From the sequence record SRR31156797_8225: 33,910 nt of DNA; one strand, 5' to 3'. Within the stretch, counting starts at the first letter, position 1. Every line of letters begins with the position of its first letter. The notes beneath the pieces were generated by a model. That model was not told where the DNA came from. It did not search any database and saw nothing but the letters and a program-made list of their open reading frames with translations. Shown here one piece after another: positions 1 to 10,563 of this stretch. Made by a program: the position numbers and the translations under genes.

Positions 1-36
1 GCTCTGAATGCTGCATTTTGAGGTCACTTGGGTATA
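1..36 (-). mobile_element. Terminal part of an ERIC-like/MITE intergenic repeat, truncated by the window edge
   Basis: Reverse complement reads TATACCCAAGTGACCTCAAAATGCAGCATTCAGAGC. The TATACCC terminus is typical of ERIC-type elements. The first 17 nt match 33831-33847 at 16/17 positions. Confidence 0.7.
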
Positions 37-70
37 ACAAGAGCCGACTTATTGCGGCTCTTGTTTTTTT
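36..70. terminator. Intrinsic terminator, probably bidirectional
   Basis: AACAAGAGCCG-8 nt-CGGCTCTTGTT followed by a T run; just downstream of the 88..954 gene. Confidence 0.75.
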
Positions 71-87
71 GATGATTATTGTCTGGT

Positions 88-954
88 TTAAAATGACAGA
101 ATTTTTTTGATCAAATACTCGGCTTCATCGAGGTAATGTCCGCCAAATTGGTTGTAATGGTTAAGGATATGATAAAGGTTATAGATGTCTTTGCGCTCAA
201 CGTAACCAATATCAAGCGGAAGGATAGATTCATAGCCTTGATAAAACTCGGGTTCAAAACCGCCAAACAGCTCAGTCATCGCAATATCACACTCACGATC
301 GCCCCAATATGACGCAGGATCATAGCAGATAGGTCCGATAGGGCTATTCGCTGCATTTTCACTCCATAGATCCCCATGTAGCAAAGAAGGGCGAGGGGAG
401 TGATTGGCGAGTCGCTGTTTTACGACTTCGAGAAAATCTTCGATATTGATTAAATTAATGCCTTTCTCAAGCAGTAACTGGAGTTGCCACCCCAAGCGTT
501 GTTCTGCAAAAAATTGGCTCCATTTCTTAGTCCATTGATTCGGCTGAACGGTACTACCTATGTAATTATCGATGTCAAAACCGTACTCTTTTTGGTCGCC
601 CCATTGATGGAGCTTGGCGAGTTGAACGCCAAAGTCGAAACTGTTCTCTGATTCACTGAGGGGTTTGGTGACAAGATAATTTAAAATGATAAAAGCGTGG
701 GTTTTAGTGCTTCCGGTCAAAACGTGTTCTGGTACATGGACACTGTTACTCTCTCGCAAAATACGCAGGTTTTCCGTTTCGGCCTCATACATGGGCAAAA
801 ACTCTTTCTGGTTTAACTTTACAAAATAACGCTCTTTGCCATCCGAGATCATATAGCTTTCGCTGATATCACCGCCGTCTAGCTTAACTTTTTCGACAAT
901 ATCGAATTGGAACATTAAAGTGTCTGAAAGTTGCTGAGTGATTGCTTGCCACAT
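88..954 (-). CDS. yniA: Fructosamine kinase family protein (YniA-like ketoamine kinase)
   Basis: 288 aa; LHGDLWS catalytic motif, YDPASYWGDRECDIAM, C-terminal LNHYNQFGGHY; AGGAG RBS upstream. Confidence 0.9.
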   Translation of the reverse strand: MWQAITQQLSDTLMFQFDIVEKVKLDGGDISESYMISDGKERYFVKLNQKEFLPMYEAETENLRILRESNSVHVPEHVLTGSTKTHAFIILNYLVTKPLSESENSFDFGVQLAKLHQWGDQKEYGFDIDNYIGSTVQPNQWTKKWSQFFAEQRLGWQLQLLLEKGINLINIEDFLEVVKQRLANHSPRPSLLHGDLWSENAANSPIGPICYDPASYWGDRECDIAMTELFGGFEPEFYQGYESILPLDIGYVERKDIYNLYHILNHYNQFGGHYLDEAEYLIKKILSF

Positions 955-1205
955 AACGTTAACTCCTAGACCGTCGCTTAACCCTGTTTAGTTTAGAACA
1001 ACAGCCCAAACTTTACCGAGGGTAATGCAAATAATTTCATTAACTTAGTTCAATCTAGGTTTGAATTGGCTCGTTTTGTGACGCTACGCATAAAACGACT
1101 TGCCAGTGATATTGCGTTTTAATTGGTTAAGCCGTCAAAATGGTTGTTAGTGATAATTGTCGTGACAAAGTTGCCGTGGTCGGAGTATGTTTTGTCACGG
1201 TTAGT

Positions 1206-1219
1206 TAGATTTTTATCAA
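1206..1219. promoter_or_regulatory. FNR-like box
   Basis: TAGAT-TTTT-ATCAA matches TTGAT-N4-ATCAA at 9/10 positions; lies in a divergent intergenic region. Confidence 0.35.
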
Positions 1220-1339
1220 TGAATTGCTCGATAGTTTATAGAGCAAACATATCTAATGTGTGAAAAATTCTTCACATGGCTTAGTATTATTGAAGGTATA
1301 GCCAGTAATTGGCAATGAGCAGTAAAGCGGAGAATTATA

Positions 1340-1684
1340 GTGGTTGTAGAAACCGATGGTTATTTAGCGCTAATCGAACACCTTTCATTCAATATGGATG
1401 TGTTTACCCGTGGTGGTGGAGACACTGGTGTAGAGAGTGTTGAAGATGTTGTCAACGACATGGTAGCGAGTAACATCATGGCAGTGTTTGAGCAAAATCC
1501 TGAGTTGCATTCGAGTGTTCGCTTTCAATTGCTAAAAGAAGCCGATTCTGTTGTGGAAGATCTTGGCGAAGTTCTCGCTGGTGTTTGGCTTAAACCCGCA
1601 ACAAACGATCAAATTATATTTCTTGATGAATACATCGCTTTAGTTAAGAACTTATTTGACACTGCGGTTGCGACTTACGATTAA
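1340..1684 (+). CDS. Small conserved acidic protein (DUF3802-like)
   Basis: 114 aa; GTG start with GGAG RBS; resembles a Vibrio/Shewanella conserved hypothetical family. Confidence 0.75.
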   Translation: MVVETDGYLALIEHLSFNMDVFTRGGGDTGVESVEDVVNDMVASNIMAVFEQNPELHSSVRFQLLKEADSVVEDLGEVLAGVWLKPATNDQIIFLDEYIALVKNLFDTAVATYD

Positions 1685-1695
1685 CACATAAAGCT

Positions 1696-2241
1696 TCAAT
1701 AAGTTTGGGCATCCACTCTTCTAAATTGCCAAAATTTTGATGCCCAATAGGGATTATCTAATCGTGAGATGATGACACCTTTCGATGTTGAAGCATGCAT
1801 GAACCTCAAATTGCCAAGATAAACACCAACATGATTGGTTGACCGAGAAGTCTTGAAGAATACCAAATCGCCATATTTCGCGTCTTTGTAGTTAATATTA
1901 TCTCCAATTTTACTTTGTAATTTTGTCGTTCGAGGCAACGGCAGTTGCCAAGCATCGCGATAGGCAACTTGCACAAACGCTGAACAGTCTATCCCGTTTT
2001 TACTTGTCCCTCCTAATCGGTAAGGAACACCTTGCCACTGATTGTATATCGAAAACAAAGAGCTTTCACGGAACTCGGGTGAGCCGATACTCGTTGCCGC
2101 ATTTGTTGCGTCACCAGCGGTGATTACTTTTGACCCAGGAGTAGAACAACCGGCAACAATGGAACAGCTTGTTACCAATAGGAGAATCTTTTTGCTCTTT
2201 ATCGGGCTAACCTTTTGAAATAAATATGTCATGAAACGCAT
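1696..2241 (-). CDS. NlpC/P60 (C40) family lipoprotein peptidase
   Basis: Lipobox IVAGC; PYRLGG, DCSAF catalytic Cys, GDLVFF, HVGVY, FMHAS; true start may be a few codons downstream. Confidence 0.92.
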   Translation of the reverse strand: MRFMTYLFQKVSPIKSKKILLLVTSCSIVAGCSTPGSKVITAGDATNAATSIGSPEFRESSLFSIYNQWQGVPYRLGGTSKNGIDCSAFVQVAYRDAWQLPLPRTTKLQSKIGDNINYKDAKYGDLVFFKTSRSTNHVGVYLGNLRFMHASTSKGVIISRLDNPYWASKFWQFRRVDAQTY

Positions 2242-2290
2242 CTAGAATACCGAACGTTGTATTTAATTGGTCCTGGAATGACTATAAAAA

Positions 2291-4324
2291 ATGATTACAT
2301 CTGCCAAGAGTCGAATAAGCTTTTCTCTTATTCAAACCCTTACAGCCATATTTGTCACGATTACGATACTGGTGACAGTTCTCGCTGTTACTGGTGTAAA
2401 AGGAATTGATCGAATTGGTAACCAGTTTAGCCATTTATCAGAAAGAGCGTTACCGCTTGCTACCAATAATGCTCAACTCACTCAAAACATCCTTGAACAA
2501 GTAAAATATATCGGATACAGCACCCGAGCAAAAGACAATGATGAACTTAATCGTGTTAAAGGTGATCTCGAAGAGCTAGACCAAAATGCCCGCTTAGCGC
2601 TGCAAGAGATGAAAAGTATCACTGAGCAGTTTGGTGAGTTGATAGATTCTTCCTTGCAGCAACAATTAAATACTGATGTCGCTCAGTTTTCCCAATATTC
2701 TTCTGCGATCCTCACTTCACAACAGCTTCAGATCGAACAGTCACGTAAAATCAATGAACTATCGTCAGGGTTTCGCTATGGCTTGAGTTCTATTGGCCCC
2801 GAGATGAACCGAATAGCCTCATTTTTGGCTGTCGATAACCCTGAATCGATGGATGCAGCTAACCGCTTTGTCGCTGCTGCAAGCGTTATGGAAAGCACTT
2901 TCTTATTGCTGATGATGCAAGACGATTTAGAGTTAGCTAAGAAAGAATATAAAGAACTGAATACACGTATTTCAGGGTTAGAACTGGCCTTTGATGACTT
3001 TAAAGAGTGGCACCCTGATGTGAATGAGTTCGCGAGTTTAACAGCGCCTTATCAAATGGTGCTCGAAGGTTTCAAACAAGGTGGTATTCTCGACCAGATC
3101 ATGGTCAAACTTGAAACCTCTCAACAGCAAAACAATGACTTTAACAAAACCGCGCTGTTAGCAGAAAAAATTACCGAACACTTAAGTCAGCTTTCGGACA
3201 TTGCTTCAAACATCATTCATGACAAAGAAACCGAAGTAAAAGCAACGATTGCCGACATTACTTTAGTACTGTTAGTCAGTGGTACGGTTATCGTTACGAT
3301 CATCGTAATTGCATGGCTTGGGTTACGATTGTGGGTTAATAAGGGGATGAGCAATATTACGCGTCATCTCACTTATATGACGGATCATGACTTTAGCCAT
3401 AGCACAGCAAGGGTTGGTCCGATGGAGTTTAAAGGGATTGCCGATAAGCTCAATCAAGTAGTTGAATCGACTCATGATTCACTCATTACCGTGACATCGA
3501 ATAGCGAAACTTTGTATCGAACTGCACAGCTTAGTCATGATGCGGCTGAAATATCCAATAAAGGGTTAGCGAAACAAAATGACGCATTAAACAACATGGT
3601 AACGACAATCAATCAGTTGGAAGCGTCAATTCGTGAAATCGCAGGCGTTACTAACGATTCCTATACCGACTCAGTGTCTGCTGCTGAACACTCTGCTCTC
3701 GGCGTAAAAGCACTAGAACAAAACCGCTTACGTTTAGAAGCGTTAGAACAGTCATTAAATATCAATGAAGATGCAATGCAAGAACTGGACGTCAGTGTTG
3801 CAAAAATCAGTGAACTGGTTGATTTAATTACCGGTATTGCAGAAAGTACTAACTTGCTTGCGCTAAACGCCGCTATAGAAGCGGCAAGAGCAGGAGACCA
3901 TGGTCGAGGTTTTGCTGTTGTTGCGGACGAAGTGCGTAAACTTGCTCGTGACACCACTCAGCAAACAGGAAGTATCAGAGCGATGATGAGTGAGCTTGAA
4001 GCATCTGCGCTCAAGTCACGCCATGCGGTTAACGACTCTCGCTCTGGAATGGTATCGGCACTTCATTCTAGTGAAGACGTTAAAACTACATTCAGTGATA
4101 TAGAAAGGGCAGTCGGCCACATCCGAGCGCGTATTGAACAAATATCCGTCGCGACAGAAGAGCAGGAAAGAGCAACAGCAGATGTGAGTCGTTCAATTAC
4201 TCACATCTCTGATCGAGCTAATGATACTAAGCAGCAACTGGAATCTATGGTAGACAGTTCAGAGCAAGTGGCTGAAATAGCGGGCCTACAAAAATCGATG
4301 TTAGATAAATATAACCTCGGTTAA
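2291..4324 (+). CDS. Methyl-accepting chemotaxis protein
   Basis: Two TM segments flanking a ~290 aa periplasmic domain; signalling hairpin [37 protein letters not shown]. Confidence 0.95.
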   Translation: MITSAKSRISFSLIQTLTAIFVTITILVTVLAVTGVKGIDRIGNQFSHLSERALPLATNNAQLTQNILEQVKYIGYSTRAKDNDELNRVKGDLEELDQNARLALQEMKSITEQFGELIDSSLQQQLNTDVAQFSQYSSAILTSQQLQIEQSRKINELSSGFRYGLSSIGPEMNRIASFLAVDNPESMDAANRFVAAASVMESTFLLLMMQDDLELAKKEYKELNTRISGLELAFDDFKEWHPDVNEFASLTAPYQMVLEGFKQGGILDQIMVKLETSQQQNNDFNKTALLAEKITEHLSQLSDIASNIIHDKETEVKATIADITLVLLVSGTVIVTIIVIAWLGLRLWVNKGMSNITRHLTYMTDHDFSHSTARVGPMEFKGIADKLNQVVESTHDSLITVTSNSETLYRTAQLSHDAAEISNKGLAKQNDALNNMVTTINQLEASIREIAGVTNDSYTDSVSAAEHSALGVKALEQNRLRLEALEQSLNINEDAMQELDVSVAKISELVDLITGIAESTNLLALNAAIEAARAGDHGRGFAVVADEVRKLARDTTQQTGSIRAMMSELEASALKSRHAVNDSRSGMVSALHSSEDVKTTFSDIERAVGHIRARIEQISVATEEQERATADVSRSITHISDRANDTKQQLESMVDSSEQVAEIAGLQKSMLDKYNLG

Positions 4325-4330
4325 TCGACG

Positions 4331-5122
4331 TTAATTCTCCCTAAAAGGTTGGGTAAGCATCTTATCCAACCACTGCTCTCTCGATTGCTTAAACACTGGC
4401 AGCCCAATATTCATCCCGTCATGGCCTAACGCTGGCTGTGCAATATAGGTATTAAAAAGACGATCCCAAATCGACAAGAAAAAGCCAAAGTTGGAGTGGG
4501 TTTCACGCTCAATAACGGAATGATGCACTCTGTGCATGTCAGGAGTGACAATCACGAGGCGTAACCATTTGTCGAGTTTCAGCGGTAGCCGAGCGTTACT
4601 GTGGTTAAACATGGCACTGGCGTTAAGGATGATTTCGAACGCGATAACAGCCCACACTGGCGCTCCTAGCAGTGTAACAGCACCTATCTTAACCCACATC
4701 GATATCAGTATTTCCACCGGATGAAAACGCGTACCTGTTGTCACGTCGATATCTTGATCGGCATGATGCATCGCATGCAAACGCCATAGCAGAGGCACAC
4801 TATGAAAAAGTTGATGTTGCCAATAAATAATGCCATCTAATACAACAATCGAAAGTATGACCGATACGGTTGTCGAGATGTGCAACCAGTTTGTTAAGCC
4901 AAATGAGTGTAATTCTGCCCAATGAGCGGCCGAAACGGCGACGATCGGCATTAACAGCGTGATTAAAATGCTGTTTAATCCAACTAAGCCTAGATTATTG
5001 ATCCATCGAATTAATTTATTCTGAGACAATGTTTTACGTGGCGCGTTGGATTCCCAAAAAGCGCAAATAACTAAAACAGTAATAAAAAACACCAGTCTTA
5101 TGGTTTCTGGCTGGTAGGACAT
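4331..5122 (-). CDS. Sterol desaturase / fatty acid hydroxylase family membrane di-iron protein
   Basis: Histidine boxes HQLFH, HAMHH, HRVHH; several TM helices; GGAGG RBS. Confidence 0.9.
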   Translation of the reverse strand: MSYQPETIRLVFFITVLVICAFWESNAPRKTLSQNKLIRWINNLGLVGLNSILITLLMPIVAVSAAHWAELHSFGLTNWLHISTTVSVILSIVVLDGIIYWQHQLFHSVPLLWRLHAMHHADQDIDVTTGTRFHPVEILISMWVKIGAVTLLGAPVWAVIAFEIILNASAMFNHSNARLPLKLDKWLRLVIVTPDMHRVHHSVIERETHSNFGFFLSIWDRLFNTYIAQPALGHDGMNIGLPVFKQSREQWLDKMLTQPFREN

Positions 5123-5252
5123 AGTTACCTCCGTGTGATACCCATCTGCATAAGTTGTTGTTACTTTTTGATGCGTGAAGTTATAAATCTTAGTGGAGAA
5201 ATGTGCCTTTCAACAGTAAACTTTGCGCCACTTTCCAGTGTTTAGAAAAATG

Positions 5253-5984
5253 ATGAGAATTCACGCTTTCCACCGTTTGTATCAATATAGACTCGAACGA
5301 TCAACAAAACCTTTCAATGCGAGAGGCTCAAAAATTCAACGTTGTGCGTACTGTAATGTCGGATTACAGCACTGCTTATGTGAGTATCAACCAAATATTG
5401 AGACACAAGTCGCTGTTTTGATGATTGTTTCTCAGAATGAGGTCTTTAAGCCCAGTAATACCGGACGCCTGATAGCGGACACGATAAAAGAAACGTACGT
5501 TTACCAATGGAGCCGCACTGATCCTGATGCTCAGATGTTGGATCTTTTACAGAATCCATCTTACTTTCCGGTTTTGGTTTTTCCTGCGGAAACCGAAGAA
5601 GAGCACAGTCGAGTGCTTCACAACACGTTGAACATTGATCCGAACAAAACGCCACTACTGATTTTTGTCGATGGCAGTTGGCGAGAAGCAAAACGTATAG
5701 TGCGCCGTTCTGAGTATCTGGCGAACCTGCCACTGGTATCGATCGAGCCGGAAACTGTATCCAATTATGTGATGAGAAAATCGGACAACGACCAACATTT
5801 AGCCACAGCAGAAGTCGCGAGTTTAGTGTTAGATAAGTTTGGTGAAAAGTTAGGGGCAGAAACGTTGCGATTATGGTTTGAGACGTTCAAAGAAAGTTAC
5901 TTGCTCGGAAAAACACGTATCAAACCGAAAAAAGAAAAAACGGCGTTAGCTGAATACATTCACTTTTGTAATAACAATCACTAG
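5253..5984 (+). CDS. tapT: DTW-domain protein, probable tRNA-uridine aminocarboxypropyltransferase (TapT/YfiP-like)
   Basis: CxxC...CxC Zn motif, KPSNTGRL, DGSW motif, LATAE. Start placed at ATG 5253 (or 5250) rather than TTG 5223. Confidence 0.82.
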   Translation: MRIHAFHRLYQYRLERSTKPFNARGSKIQRCAYCNVGLQHCLCEYQPNIETQVAVLMIVSQNEVFKPSNTGRLIADTIKETYVYQWSRTDPDAQMLDLLQNPSYFPVLVFPAETEEEHSRVLHNTLNIDPNKTPLLIFVDGSWREAKRIVRRSEYLANLPLVSIEPETVSNYVMRKSDNDQHLATAEVASLVLDKFGEKLGAETLRLWFETFKESYLLGKTRIKPKKEKTALAEYIHFCNNNH

Positions 5985-6017
5985 AGTCTGTTGATCTCAA
6001 AAGGTCAACAGACCCTA
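5982..6017. repeat. 36-bp inverted repeat resembling the fused terminal repeats of a MITE; may also act as a terminator
   Basis: TAGAGTCTGTTGATCT-CAAA-AGGTCAACAGACCCTA; arms match at 14/16; TA at both ends. Confidence 0.6.
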
Positions 6018-6130
6018 ATTTGCGGTACAACGCGCACTGTTGGTTCCTTTTCATCCATGTAGGAAATTTTGCGCAGATAAATAAGCCCTTGGTCACGGAC
6101 TGCGGAGGGTGGGATATGGATAATAGAACA

Positions 6131-6153
6131 ATATTTTTAGTTTGCGAATTAAT
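6131..6153. promoter_or_regulatory. Putative NagC operator upstream of nagK
   Basis: ATATTTTTAGTTTGCGAATTAAT, 23 bp with the TTT...CGAATTAA signature of NagC sites; adjacent CRP half-site TCACA at 6165-6169. Confidence 0.6.
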
Positions 6154-6222
6154 TGAATGACTTATCACATTTAACTAATGAGCGTTTTATTGTTTCCTTA
6201 GGATTGGGTAGGAGAGCGTTGC

Positions 6223-7134
6223 ATGTATTATGGGTTTGATGTCGGTGGCACTAAAATTGAGTTTGGTGCATTTAACGAGAAGCTGGAGCGCGTAGCGACA
6301 GAACGAGTACCGACACCAACAGACGACTACAACAAATTAGTAGAGACAATCGCTGATTTAGTCGCTAAATATGATGCTGAATTCGGTGAAGCCGGCACGA
6401 TTGGTTTAGGTTTACCTGGTATGGAAGATGCGGATGACGCCACGGTATTAACCGTAAATGTACCAGCAGCTAAAGGTAAGCCACTACGTGCGGACTTGGA
6501 AGCTAAGATTGGTCGCAGCGTACAAATCGAAAACGACGCCAACTGCTTCGCTTTATCTGAAGCTTGGGATGAAGAGCTTAAAGACGAACCTTCAGTGATG
6601 GGGTTAATTCTGGGTACTGGATTTGGCGGTGGTTTAATTTACAACGGTAAAGTTTTCTCAGGCCGAAATCACGTTGCTGGTGAAATTGGTCACATGCGTT
6701 TACCTATTGATGCTTGGTTCCATTTAGGCGGTGATAAAGCACCTTTACTTGAATGTGGATGCGGTAACAAGGGTTGTATGGACAATTATCTCTCTGGTCG
6801 CGGTTTTGAGCTTATCTATGAGCACAATAACGGAGAGAAGAAAAAAGCCATCGGCATCATTAATGCGTTTAATGAAGGTGAAGAGAAAGCTGTTCAGCAC
6901 GTTGAGCTGTTTATGGAGCTATTAGCCATCTGTTTTGGCAATATCTTTACTGCACATGATCCACATGTGGTTGCATTAGGCGGTGGTCTGTCCAATTTTG
7001 ATCTGATTTATGAAGAAGTGCCGAAGCGTATTGGTAAACATCTTCTTTCTGTCGCTAAATGCCCGAAAATTATTAAAGCAAAACACGGTGACTCAGGTGG
7101 TGTTCGTGGTGCTGCTTTCTTAAACATTAAATAA
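6223..7134 (+). CDS. nagK: N-acetyl-D-glucosamine kinase (ROK family)
   Basis: [38 protein letters not shown] Zn motif, [10 protein letters not shown]. Confidence 0.95.
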   Translation: MYYGFDVGGTKIEFGAFNEKLERVATERVPTPTDDYNKLVETIADLVAKYDAEFGEAGTIGLGLPGMEDADDATVLTVNVPAAKGKPLRADLEAKIGRSVQIENDANCFALSEAWDEELKDEPSVMGLILGTGFGGGLIYNGKVFSGRNHVAGEIGHMRLPIDAWFHLGGDKAPLLECGCGNKGCMDNYLSGRGFELIYEHNNGEKKKAIGIINAFNEGEEKAVQHVELFMELLAICFGNIFTAHDPHVVALGGGLSNFDLIYEEVPKRIGKHLLSVAKCPKIIKAKHGDSGGVRGAAFLNIK

Positions 7135-7143
7135 TCTACATAC

Positions 7144-7173
7144 GAAAAGGGCTTGAATTATCAAGCCCTTTTC
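7144..7173. terminator. Bidirectional intrinsic terminator
   Basis: GAAAAGGGCTTGA-ATTA-TCAAGCCCTTTTC between convergent genes. Confidence 0.85.
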
Positions 7174-7191
7174 TTTTAAACACGATTCAGG

Positions 7192-7470
7192 TTAGTTCAC
7201 TTTCGGCTTAGGTTTCTTGCCCACGCCTAAGTTTTCTTTGGGCTTTAAGGTAATAATGCCAAAGCCTAACTTTTTGAAATGGTTGTCACGGTAATTACGT
7301 ACCGCTTTAGTATCGGATATCTGCTCGATTTGCTGTTCCATTTTCAAATAATCTGTAATGTCGATACCTTCTGCTTCAGCTACCGCTTCGTGAATATTAC
7401 GGTGCTGTTGATATGAAAACGTTAACGTTTTCTCTTCGTCTTTGTAAGTGTAAATAATTGTTCGAGCCAT
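7192..7470 (-). CDS. Small conserved protein (DUF2960-like)
   Basis: 92 aa ORF with GAGAG RBS; starts 39 bp after the moeA stop. Confidence 0.75.
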   Translation of the reverse strand: MARTIIYTYKDEEKTLTFSYQQHRNIHEAVAEAEGIDITDYLKMEQQIEQISDTKAVRNYRDNHFKKLGFGIITLKPKENLGVGKKPKPKVN

Positions 7471-7509
7471 AAATTCTCTCGTTAGCCATTGCTAGGGGTA
7501 TCAGTGGGG

Positions 7510-9282
7510 CTAGATTCTGCCTTGTAACGGTATAATTGTCACGCTTTCACCAGCTTTTACCGTGTCTACAGCGGGAGAAATTTCGATTAAGCAGTTTGCT
7601 TCACTCATTGAACGAAGAATACCCGAACCTTGCTTTCCGGTAGATTGAACCACTAATTGACCTTGAGCATTAAGACTATAGATGCCGCGAGTGAATTCGG
7701 TTCGACCTTGGCGCGAACGTAAGTCTTCTGTTGCGATTGCATTGACTTTCAACGGCTGCCAATCGGTCTCACCTTGCATTTTTCTTAATGCAGGCTCAAC
7801 AAAGTTGATAAATGACACCATCACTGCAACAGGGTTACCCGGTAAACCGAAAATCGGTTTATGTTTGATTTTACCAAAAGCAAGCGGACGGCCAGGACGC
7901 ATGTTGATCCGCCAGAACTCGATTGAACCTAACGATTCAAGAGCGGCTTTGATAAAGTCTGCATCGCCAACCGATACACCGCCAGAGGTAAGAACAACAT
8001 CGGCCTGTTCAGCCGCCTTATCCAGCACTTCCAGCATCTTTTGTTCGTTGTCTTCAATAATTCCCAGATCAATGATTTCACAGCCCAGTTGAGTCAGTAA
8101 GCCCATTAAAGTATAACGATTTGAGTCAAAAATACGGGTATCACTGGCTGGTGTGCCGGGTGCTTGTACTTCATCACCGGTAGAAAAAATAGCGACTTTC
8201 AATCGATGATATACAGAAACCGAGTTCATTCCTAATGACGCAATCATCCCCATTTCCGGAGACGTTAATCGCTGACCTTGGTTAAATACATTCTGACCCA
8301 ACGCTAAATCTTCACCAGCTTGACGAACATTTTGCCCGGGTTTGATTTTTGCGTCACCAAAGGCCACCACATCGTTAGTCACAGTTGCTTGTTCACGCAT
8401 GATAACGGTGTCAGCGCCTTCAGGTACCGCGGCTCCGGTCATAATTTTCACCGCTTGGCCTACAGCAAGAGGATGAGGGTAGTGAGACCCAGCTAAAATT
8501 TCTGCCACAATCGAATATTCGGTTCGACCTAAATCGTCACTGCGAATCGCGAATCCGTCCATTGCAGAGTTCTTGTAAGAAGGAACGTTAACCGGAGAAT
8601 CAAGGCCTGTTGCAAGAACGCGGTTGTAGCACTGCTCTACAGCAACTTGTTCAGTTTGTTCAATACTAACTACGCTGTCTAAGATGTTGTTTCGTCCCTG
8701 TTCCACGGATAAAAATGCAGGAGATAGGGTGTCACAACTCGCCGCGGTAATTTCTGCAGCCTGTTTATTGTTTTTGATGTAACCAATAACAAAATCAGCG
8801 ATAGAATCTAAATCATTAATATTGAGTTGTGGCAGATCACTCGATACCTCTTCGTCAGCGGCTATGGCGACAATATTGGTGTCATTAGGGTAGAGCCAAG
8901 GTTTGTTGAGTTCTTTTCTGTGCAACTCAATTTTAGGGAAAGCAATATTCTTACAACCTTCAACCAGAATGACATCGAGTTTGTCACTGTCGAACCGAGT
9001 CAAAAGATAATCAAATTCCGCTTCTGCTTGTGGCGTCTCAGTCATTAAAACGTGTCGGTTACGAGATGCAATAAGCATTTGACTCGCACCCGCTTTGCGT
9101 AAACGGTAACTGTCTTTTCCCGGCACATCGACATCGAAATTATGATGAGCGTGTTTTAACACACCTAGGCGCAGACCCGCCGCGGTCAATTTGGGAATCA
9201 ATGCTTCGAGTAGTGTGGTTTTACCTGTACCAGAATAAGCAGCAAACCCAAGTAGAGGAAGATTAGGGCGTTGAGATATCAT
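7510..9282 (-). CDS. mobB-moeA: Bifunctional MobB-MoeA (MGD biosynthesis adaptor fused to molybdopterin metal insertase)
   Basis: N-terminal [21 protein letters not shown] (MobB); [34 protein letters not shown] (MoeA). Confidence 0.95.
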   Translation of the reverse strand: MISQRPNLPLLGFAAYSGTGKTTLLEALIPKLTAAGLRLGVLKHAHHNFDVDVPGKDSYRLRKAGASQMLIASRNRHVLMTETPQAEAEFDYLLTRFDSDKLDVILVEGCKNIAFPKIELHRKELNKPWLYPNDTNIVAIAADEEVSSDLPQLNINDLDSIADFVIGYIKNNKQAAEITAASCDTLSPAFLSVEQGRNNILDSVVSIEQTEQVAVEQCYNRVLATGLDSPVNVPSYKNSAMDGFAIRSDDLGRTEYSIVAEILAGSHYPHPLAVGQAVKIMTGAAVPEGADTVIMREQATVTNDVVAFGDAKIKPGQNVRQAGEDLALGQNVFNQGQRLTSPEMGMIASLGMNSVSVYHRLKVAIFSTGDEVQAPGTPASDTRIFDSNRYTLMGLLTQLGCEIIDLGIIEDNEQKMLEVLDKAAEQADVVLTSGGVSVGDADFIKAALESLGSIEFWRINMRPGRPLAFGKIKHKPIFGLPGNPVAVMVSFINFVEPALRKMQGETDWQPLKVNAIATEDLRSRQGRTEFTRGIYSLNAQGQLVVQSTGKQGSGILRSMSEANCLIEISPAVDTVKAGESVTIIPLQGRI

Positions 9283-9866
9283 AAATGTAACGATCCAAAT
9301 TGCGCCAGCTCTTGTGGCGTATTTAAATTAAGAAAGCACTCGGTAGAGTCACTAAAATCCGCATACTGTGTGTGGCAGTCATTATACAACAGGATAATTT
9401 TACGGTCGCCGCGCTCAAGAAATGCGGTGAGTTTTGGCAACACTCTTTTATGATAAAGCGTAAACACGGGTTGAGAATATTCGCCATCGTGAGCAACGAT
9501 AATGTCACTGTCATCCGTCACGGCGTGACAAAAACGTTGAACCAAATCGTGGGAAATTAACGGGCTATCACAAGGAACAAATCCTACCCAATCGGTAGTC
9601 GCATGAGTCAGTCCACTATGAATGCCACCCAATGGCCCGGGAAAACCTTCAAAACTGTCGCTAATCACTTCGCCGTACTCGGCGTACTGTTGCAAGTTTC
9701 GGTTAGCGTTTATCAAAATGTTGGAAGTTTGTGGGGTTAGCCGTTCAATAACATGTTGAATTAGCGGCTTTTCATTCAACTTTATTAAGCCTTTGTCGTT
9801 TCCACCCATACGGCTGGCTTGTCCGCCAGCTAATATTACCCAACTAGTTTGAGAGGGAAGTAACAT
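9279..9866 (-). CDS. mobA: Molybdenum cofactor guanylyltransferase
   Basis: [35 protein letters not shown] overlap with mobB-moeA. Confidence 0.95.
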   Translation of the reverse strand: MLLPSQTSWVILAGGQASRMGGNDKGLIKLNEKPLIQHVIERLTPQTSNILINANRNLQQYAEYGEVISDSFEGFPGPLGGIHSGLTHATTDWVGFVPCDSPLISHDLVQRFCHAVTDDSDIIVAHDGEYSQPVFTLYHKRVLPKLTAFLERGDRKIILLYNDCHTQYADFSDSTECFLNLNTPQELAQFGSLHL

Positions 9867-10554
9867 AGGAATTCTCTTTGTTCGGTTTTACAATATGCAG
9901 TAGTGGTGATTCGGTCAGAGTGCAATCTTTTAGCCACCACTGTTTCTTACATAGCTCAGTGAGTGCGTTAGCCTGATGACTGGTAATGACCAGACTCGAG
10001 CCTCTCGCCAATAAGTCTTTTGCCATCACGACCAGTCGTTCGATCGATTCCTGATCTAAAGACGCACTCGGTTCATCCATCAACAAAATCGATGGGTTTA
10101 AAATCCACGCGCGAGCCATCGCAACGCGTTGTCTTTCTCCACCAGACAGTACCGAAATATGCTCATCTGCCAAAGTTTCTAAACCGACCATTCTCAGTGC
10201 GTTAATCACAATAGAACGCTTGTCTTGGGCATTTTGAGAATTAAATCTGATGCCATAAGCGACATTGTGATAAACCGTTGTATCGAACAAGTAGGGAGTC
10301 TGATGAAGGTAAACGACATGTCGATGCGCTGAAGTTTTAAGGACATTTCGCCACCACGGATGTGAGTTGGATACTTTGCCTTTTGTCGGTTTCTGTAGCC
10401 CAGCGAGGATTTTTAACAGTGTTGTCTTTCCAACACCATTATCACCTTTTAGATAGATCGCTTCATTCGGACCAATACTGAGTTGGTCGATATGAAACAA
10501 TACGCGATCTTTAAAACGCATTGATAATTGCTGAGCATCAAGTGTCACTGTCAT
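9844..10554 (-). CDS. tupC: Tungstate ABC transporter ATP-binding subunit
   Basis: [21 protein letters not shown] switch; operon context. Confidence 0.88.
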   Translation of the reverse strand: MTVTLDAQQLSMRFKDRVLFHIDQLSIGPNEAIYLKGDNGVGKTTLLKILAGLQKPTKGKVSNSHPWWRNVLKTSAHRHVVYLHQTPYLFDTTVYHNVAYGIRFNSQNAQDKRSIVINALRMVGLETLADEHISVLSGGERQRVAMARAWILNPSILLMDEPSASLDQESIERLVVMAKDLLARGSSLVITSHQANALTELCKKQWWLKDCTLTESPLLHIVKPNKENSYVTSLSN

Positions 10555-10563
10555 CCATTATCC

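Noticed and set aside
5022-5038. TGAGACA half-site inside the desaturase gene (another near 5399)
   Set aside because: Half-site only, with no sigma54 promoter noticed nearby; consistent with chance
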